64,000 nucleotides of DNA, taken from Naegleria gruberi. Its lineage: Eukaryota. This document shows, one piece after another, positions 58,364 to 64,000 of the stretch; position 1 is the first letter of the stretch, and each line of letters begins with the position of its first letter. The notes beneath the pieces were generated by a model. The model was not told the DNA's origin. It was given only the letters and a program-made list of their open reading frames with translations, and searched no databases. Where the stretch lies: assembly GCA_000004985.1 (NCBI GenBank), contig GG738882.1; one strand, 5' to 3'. The position numbers were made by a program, and so were the translations under genes.

Positions 58364-58809
58364 TATTGATTCAACAGCTGATGAAGTTTCCTCTGCAGTT
58401 GGTTCTCCTTTTTTTATATATGTAATATTGAATTAATATAATTAATTTCATCAATTCATTCATCATCATCAATGTGATCCAATATCCAAAAATGTAAAAT
58501 TCATATCCGATGATGATTCATTATCCATCTACTTACTATTTATCAGGTTGAGAGAAAAGTTCTTTCTATTATTATTATTATTGCAAATAATGTTCTTCTT
58601 ATGCAAAATAACATTTTCAATGTGTGATGAGGTTCGGAGGAGACCAAATTGTTGTGGTTGGTACTTGGTGTGCAACTTGGCAAGCGATGATAACAAAGAT
58701 GACGACTTTCTCATTTTTTTTTTGTAAAGTTTTTAACAAATATTGAAATTGACATACTTGTTGTAGAAAATTTCGGACAATTAATGGGAAATAGGATTTA
58801 CGGTAGAGT

Positions 58810-59538
58810 TTATTGTAAAGTATTTTGAATAGAGAGCTGGGTCAAATGATGAATGAAGGTCAAGAGAATGAAGAATGGAAATCCAGAATAGAAAGAAGAA
58901 GGACCTTCCTTTTTGAGAATTAAGGAAAACTTTGCAAGTGGTGATTGCTTTTCATCGAGAGCTGTTTGAGATTGTAAACGTCTGACTAGAATTCGTAAAG
59001 GATAGAGAAGAATACTTGAGGTAACGATACAGGAAGGTTCTATTAAATTGCTTGATTGACCGAGAGCTGTTTCAATTGAAGGTCTAATGGTTGATGTGAG
59101 AAAAGTTGTGGAAAGTGTATCAAAAACTCTAACTAAACTTCCTTTCATCAATCCACTGACACCTTCATGATCTACAATGGTCCACAAAACAGAAAAGAAA
59201 TTCTTCTCTTTCATTTGTGGATCAGTTGACAATCTGGTGAGAACAGTTTCAAACGGTAATGCAAGAAGTGATAGAGCTATATATTGCCATCCGAAAGATC
59301 GGTTTGATTCAATGAAGAGATTGGCAGCTTGGAGCATTAAAGATGCATCCAAACCTTTCCACAATTGTAAAACATTTTGATTAGCCAGAACGGATGCTAC
59401 ATGAAATGCATTCCCTGGAACATCTCTGGTTTGTTGAGCCAAAAGCACTCTGATCAGTGGTTGTTCAACGATTGACACAAATAATTTGCTGGTCAGACGT
59501 TGAGAAAGATCAGAACTGATAAGCTGATGGTTGGCCAT
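58810..59538 (-). CDS. Putative degenerate mitochondrial-carrier-like membrane protein (242 aa)
   Basis: There are three weakly repeated helix-loop units with P-x-(D/E/R)-x-x-(K/R)-like starts (PLIRVLLAQQ, PFETVLTRL, PLRILVRRL) followed by G-rich turns (LWKG, LMKG). This is a low-confidence family call. Confidence 0.35.
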   Translation of the reverse strand: MANHQLISSDLSQRLTSKLFVSIVEQPLIRVLLAQQTRDVPGNAFHVASVLANQNVLQLWKGLDASLMLQAANLFIESNRSFGWQYIALSLLALPFETVLTRLSTDPQMKEKNFFSVLWTIVDHEGVSGLMKGSLVRVFDTLSTTFLTSTIRPSIETALGQSSNLIEPSCIVTSSILLYPLRILVRRLQSQTALDEKQSPLAKFSLILKKEGPSSFYSGFPFFILLTFIHHLTQLSIQNTLQ

Positions 59539-59588
59539 TTTTTTTGATTTGAAAGGTCAACCACAAAGTGAGAGAAAGATTCTTGTAT

Positions 59589-61085
59589 TTAAAATTCACT
59601 TTCGTTGCTCAATTCACCAACATTTTCAAATGCCTTCTTTGGATTCGACTTGTACTTCATAAAATATCCTTGCAATTTGGCTGGAGTAATTTGAGCATTG
59701 GAAAGTTTTTCAGTAAAGTTGTCAGCAAGTTGTTCAATATTTTCTTCTCCTTGGTAAAAGTTGAGGAAGAGCATTTTGATTTGATTCTTGTTGGCGAATC
59801 CAATGTGGAATTTTCTGTCAATTCTACCAGGTCTAATGAGAGCTTCATTAAGTTTCTCTGGATGATTGGTGGTGAGGAAAATGATTCTGCCCTCTTGAGC
59901 TCCCAGACCATCGATCGAGTTCAAAAGTCCACTCACTGATATATGTTGGTCAGAATCGAATTTCATATTGGCGCTTTCAATGGCTGATTCACATGAGTCA
60001 ACATCTTCTATCAAAACAATTGATTTTTGTGGGACCTTGTGAAGAAGTCTAGCCATTTTCTCATCATCCAATTTGTTGCTACTCACATTGAGCACATAGA
60101 TATCTAAACCTAATTCACCAGCTACTGCCATTACTGTTGATGATTTACCAGTTCCAGGTGGTCCTTTCAACAAAACTCCTCTTCTATATGGAATTCCTCT
60201 GGTATAGTAAAATTTAGATCCATCCACAAATGATTTCAAATCTGTTACAATATCCTCAAGAATATTATCTCCCAAAATAATTGAATCCAATGGTCTCTTT
60301 GGCTTTCTTGTTAATTCCTCCCAATCATAACAATCCAAGCTAGGTGAATATATTACTGTTTTATCCTTTTTATGCTCCTTGAATAGAGATCTAGCCTCTT
60401 CAACTAAATCAGTAAGAATTTTCTTGTCACGAGCAAGGATTGTAATTGTTAGCTTTTCTCTATTCTTCTTTTCTTCTCCTTTTGGCATTACTTTTTCAAT
60501 ATAAATCCAAGTTAATTTCCCCTTGTAATTGAAAAAGTGTCTCACACCATCAACAGGAGTGAACATTATTTGCTTATCAGTTTCTTCTGAGTTATTCTGA
60601 GGAGCAAACATTGATCCAAAAACTCCAAACAATCCTCCAAGCATATTCGAAACAGCTCTATTATCTGATGAAAGTACAGAAACATGTCTACAGTTTTGGG
60701 TATATGGATGTTGAGCAAAATATGACATTAACCAATGATAAGCTTCATCATCTTGATCAACAGATAAATGCAAAGTCATCTCTCTTTCAAGAATTGGTAA
60801 AAGAACTTGATTAACTCCTTCATAGCCTAAATAAAACACTCCAGCACCCAATATCCACTTCCACCATTGAATTTTAAACCCACCACTTCCAAAAGGAATT
60901 TGGTTTTTGCTTTGTTCTTCCGAATTTAATTTAAAATTGGTATGAAACTGATTAGACTTGCTGATCATTGAGCAGTTATTCTTCATCAATAAATTTCCTC
61001 CGATGAATACTGATGATGATGTTTGTCTGACACTGGTGAGACGACAATAATTCATCAGTAATGCTCGTTTTTGCTTTAAAAACAT
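59589..61085 (-). CDS. BCS1: Mitochondrial AAA ATPase BCS1 (respiratory complex III Rieske assembly chaperone)
   Basis: An N-terminal TM segment and BCS1_N region are followed by the AAA domain GIPYRRGVLLKGPPGTGKSSTVMAVAGELGLDIYVLNVSS, a Walker B IVLIEDVD and the arginine finger region RPGRIDRK. Confidence 0.85.
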   Translation of the reverse strand: MFLKQKRALLMNYCRLTSVRQTSSSVFIGGNLLMKNNCSMISKSNQFHTNFKLNSEEQSKNQIPFGSGGFKIQWWKWILGAGVFYLGYEGVNQVLLPILEREMTLHLSVDQDDEAYHWLMSYFAQHPYTQNCRHVSVLSSDNRAVSNMLGGLFGVFGSMFAPQNNSEETDKQIMFTPVDGVRHFFNYKGKLTWIYIEKVMPKGEEKKNREKLTITILARDKKILTDLVEEARSLFKEHKKDKTVIYSPSLDCYDWEELTRKPKRPLDSIILGDNILEDIVTDLKSFVDGSKFYYTRGIPYRRGVLLKGPPGTGKSSTVMAVAGELGLDIYVLNVSSNKLDDEKMARLLHKVPQKSIVLIEDVDSCESAIESANMKFDSDQHISVSGLLNSIDGLGAQEGRIIFLTTNHPEKLNEALIRPGRIDRKFHIGFANKNQIKMLFLNFYQGEENIEQLADNFTEKLSNAQITPAKLQGYFMKYKSNPKKAFENVGELSNESEF

Positions 61086-61214
61086 TTTTTTTGATAGATT
61101 TAATAAATTTATTTATTTAACTGTTGGAACACAAAGTTCCATTAAATTGATATAATGTAAATTTGTAATAGTGATATTAATGTTGAAATTAAATCTAAAT
61201 ATTAAAAAAATGAA

Positions 61215-62141
61215 ATGAAAAGGTTTAGAAGTAATGATGATAATTTTCAGGAATTAAAAAATCAAGAAAATATTTGGGATGATTCGGATGAGGAATTGAA
61301 TAGTGATGACGATGAGAATAACGGAAATTCAATGGTAGAAATTGCTACTCATCATAATGTTTCTAAAGATGAAAAATTGGCACATGATGAATTATTAAAT
61401 TATAAGGAAGAATTTTGTTTTCCTTTACAGAATAATAAGCAAGTAAATATTCAGTTGATAACTTCAATTTCTAGAGAGGCAAGACATACGGGAACTCATT
61501 TGTGGAATTGTTCAGTCTTGCTGACAAATTATTTGATAGCTCAATTGGAAAGTGGTGGAGAAGAACTGTTTGGAAAGTTGAACAATGGACCATTTACTAT
61601 AATAGAATTGGGTTGTGGATTGGGACTTCCCTCTATTGCCACCTGTAAAATCAATCCCAAAAACAGATGTATACTAACAGATTTATCAACCCCAGATTTT
61701 GAAAAGAGGTGCTCAACTCAATGTGAGATTAATGATCTGGCACAAGATCAATATGATATTATTCCAATTGATTGGGGAAACAATTTTATGGAAATTGCAA
61801 AATTTGCAAGAGAAAATTCAGGCAAAAAGATAGATTTGATTGTTGCCACTGATTGTCTGTATGATAAGAAACTTTATGATCCATTCTTTTCCACTGTTCA
61901 CTTTTTGAAGAAATTATTTAATAATCCCGATCTCCCTTTACTATTGGCTCAATACAAGAGAAATGAATCCGATAATATTACCTATCAATTAAAGAGATGG
62001 AATCTCAAACCAAAACCTGTAGTTTGGAAAGAAAGTATCAATTTGGAAAAGTATTTGAAAATCATGGGCAAGAGTAATGATATTTTAGAAAAGCAATTTT
62101 ATGAGCTTTATGATTCTACTCAAATAGTTGTCATCCAATAA
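61215..62141 (+). CDS. Class I SAM-dependent protein-lysine methyltransferase of the Methyltransf_16 (METTL21/FAM86-like) family
   Basis: HTGTHLWNCSVLLTNYL...FTIIELGCGLGLPSI (motif I), DLIVATDCLYD (post-motif II). The first ATG at 61210 is followed immediately by TGA, so the start is 61215. Confidence 0.65.
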   Translation: MKRFRSNDDNFQELKNQENIWDDSDEELNSDDDENNGNSMVEIATHHNVSKDEKLAHDELLNYKEEFCFPLQNNKQVNIQLITSISREARHTGTHLWNCSVLLTNYLIAQLESGGEELFGKLNNGPFTIIELGCGLGLPSIATCKINPKNRCILTDLSTPDFEKRCSTQCEINDLAQDQYDIIPIDWGNNFMEIAKFARENSGKKIDLIVATDCLYDKKLYDPFFSTVHFLKKLFNNPDLPLLLAQYKRNESDNITYQLKRWNLKPKPVVWKESINLEKYLKIMGKSNDILEKQFYELYDSTQIVVIQ

Positions 62142-62511
62142 ACAACTATTTACTGCTTTTGCTTTTTCTTAACTGGTTGCTGCTGTAATGGATTTCCTAC
62201 CACTTGTGGAATAGTACCATTGGTTGGAGTTGGATCTTTCTTCTTTCTCTTCAAATTGTTTGCATTAGCAGCTGCATTATTGATTGGTGGCTTTGGTTGC
62301 ATTGACGAATTTGAGGCCATCATTGGATTACCTTGTGGAATTTGAGGTTGATAGTTTTGATTGTATTGTTGCTGAGGCATTTGATAACTTTGGTTATATT
62401 GTTGCTGTGGTACATTTGGTTTGACAGCCATTGGTTTTGTCTCTGGATATTTGTAATTGTTATGCTCAAAACAGCTATTAATGGTGTAAGAAATATTTGA
62501 ATAATGTAGAC

Positions 62512-63534
62512 TTACTTGTTTGATGGTTTGTCTTTAAAGTACTTGTGTTGGAGAGCTTCCTTTGCAGTAATTCTTTTAGCAGGATCATATTCCAATAATT
62601 GTCTCAATAAGTCATATTCTAATGATTCTTTTGGCATTTTGAAAACACTTTCTAATGTATTCGTAGTTTCACTAAATGAAGCAAGATGCTTGCTCTCAGG
62701 TAGGCTATTGATTGTAGGCCATATTTGGTCATTTGGTTTACCTAACACTGTGAAAATCTTATCCAATTGATCACGTTGGAAAGGATTTGGATTATTGTTT
62801 TGTTTAACTTCTTCACCTTTGAATAGTGGCTTGAGCTCAAATAATTCATACATAATACATCCAACACTCCAAATGTCAATAGCAGGAGTGTAATGCTTGG
62901 CTCCCATCAATAATTCTGGAGCTCTGTACCAAATTGTCACAACAGGACCATCATCATGGAACCTTCTAAGTGGTGCTTTGAATACACGAGCCAAACCAAA
63001 GTCAGCAACCTTAACAACACCTCTATCAGCATGACTATCATCATTGATTAAAATGTTGGAAGGTTTCAGATCTCTATGGATTACCCACTTGCTGTGAAGA
63101 TATTGAATTCCTTTTAAAATTTGGTACATAATTGATTTTATCATGCCATCGTCAAGTTTGGGTGGGAGAGGTGGACCTTGTGGTAATCTCATTAATGTTT
63201 TATGATATGCTAATAATCTTTCCAAATCCAATTTACAATAATCCAAAATCATATTGAAACTACCATCATTATGAATCACAACATCCTGTACTTTGAGAAC
63301 ATTTTCATGTTCCAATTCTCTTAACAAGTTAATTTCTCTACAAAGTGTAATTGGAATACCATCATCCTTACCACTCCTCATAAAAAATTGTTTGACAGCA
63401 ACTTTCTTTTTTGTTTTAATATCCTCATAACAACTCACACTTCCGTAAGCACCTTTACCAACTACACCCAAACATTTATACTTTCTATTAAAATTGTCAT
63501 ATCTTTGTTCCGTTTTTGGTCTTAAATTATTCAT
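62512..63534 (-). CDS. CDK8: Cyclin-dependent kinase 8-like (Mediator kinase CDK8/Srb10) catalytic core; a Q-rich C-terminal extension may be encoded by 62150..62381 after an intron
   Basis: GKGAYGSV..VAVKQF, HRDLKPSNILI, KVADFGLARVF, TIWYRAPELLMGAKHYTPAIDIWSVGCI, and NPNPFQRDQLDKIF (compare the CDK8 NPYHHDQLDRIF). The ORF ends ...KPSNK at a GTAAGT site. The downstream Q/N-rich 93-aa ORF could be joined by a roughly 125-nt intron (...KPSN|N|YQMPQQQYNQ...). Confidence 0.75.
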   Translation of the reverse strand: MNNLRPKTEQRYDNFNRKYKCLGVVGKGAYGSVSCYEDIKTKKKVAVKQFFMRSGKDDGIPITLCREINLLRELEHENVLKVQDVVIHNDGSFNMILDYCKLDLERLLAYHKTLMRLPQGPPLPPKLDDGMIKSIMYQILKGIQYLHSKWVIHRDLKPSNILINDDSHADRGVVKVADFGLARVFKAPLRRFHDDGPVVTIWYRAPELLMGAKHYTPAIDIWSVGCIMYELFELKPLFKGEEVKQNNNPNPFQRDQLDKIFTVLGKPNDQIWPTINSLPESKHLASFSETTNTLESVFKMPKESLEYDLLRQLLEYDPAKRITAKEALQHKYFKDKPSNK

Positions 63535-63777
63535 TTTCTATTTACAAAAATTTTATACTACAATAATTATTCAAAATTGATACGCGATTCTACTAATATT
63601 ACTCTTTGAGTAGGCAACAAATTCCCTCCACACACACTTTCCGAATTAATAATTGATGATGAATCAAAGTCTACTCAAAGCGAGTTGGGATTTTGAGAAT
63701 TTTTTTTGAATGCTAAAAATAAAAAATACAAACAAAGCTCAAGTTTTTGAAGGCAAAACTTGCAAAATTTATTGAAG

Positions 63778-64000
63778 ATGAAATTAGATGATGATAAACT
63801 GCAAGGTAGTGGAGGAGAGGAATTAAATTCACATCAAATGATGGCTGATACTGATGATATTAAACAGGATTCTATTGTGGAAAATGTTTCGGAAGTTGTA
63901 CGAGTGTATCATGTGCCAAATTCAATGAATGATCACTTTCACAATTATAAATGTTTGGTTTATGATGAAAAATGTAGGTTTTATGATCATCACAATTGAT
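63778..64000 (+). CDS. 5' part of a gene continuing beyond the window end (unknown product)
   Basis: ATG at 63778 (MKLDDDKLQGSGGEELNSHQMMADTDDIK...), and the frame is open to the window end. Confidence 0.3.

Noticed and set aside
1-64000. A prokaryotic operon, defence island or mobile-element interpretation of the window
   Set aside because: Genes carry GT..AG introns with GTAAGT donors and encode eukaryote-specific products (SMG1, CDK8, OST48, CFIm25, PLRG1, ERMES). No Shine-Dalgarno-spaced operon structure is visible. There are also no integrase, transposase or CRISPR signatures.
1-64000. Assigning the locus specifically to Dictyostelium discoideum
   Set aside because: The poly-N/Q proteins and gene set are compatible, but intergenic regions are only about 65-70% AT with few long A/T homopolymers, and introns are mostly 40-55 nt. 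A different AT-rich lineage is therefore as likely or more likely.

Overview
This 64 kb window is eukaryotic nuclear DNA from an AT-rich organism, not a prokaryotic locus. Genes carry short GT..AG spliceosomal introns, mostly 40-65 nt with a few of 100-130 nt. TAA, TAG and TGA are all used as stops, many proteins have poly-N/Q/S tracts, and an isolated tRNA-Arg(ACG) is followed by a pol-III T-run. Gene content (the nonsense-mediated-decay kinase SMG1, the mitochondrial tether subunit Mdm34, the Mediator kinase CDK8, an FPK1/AGCVIII-type kinase, and TALE homeobox, CANT1, NT5C2 and GPR107-like genes) suggests an early-diverging fungus or amoebozoan-like protist. The moderate intergenic AT content argues against Dictyostelium discoideum. 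I model about 35 genes on both strands. The ORF track's start codons are often TTG or GTG, so I re-derived ATG starts and exon junctions by hand where I could. The most unusual items are a roughly 2290-aa protein joining a divergent kinase domain to a dual-specificity phosphatase domain whose catalytic Cys is replaced by Ser, followed by a Cys/His-rich tail; a fusion of an MJ1316/DUF504 RNA-end-recognition-like domain with an archaeo-eukaryotic primase (PrimPol-like) domain; an F-box protein fused to a degenerate Ras-like GTPase; a Siw14-type phosphatase lacking the CX5R arginine; and several gene models needing a micro-exon or showing frame breaks. There are no CRISPR arrays, prokaryotic defence islands or obvious transposons.
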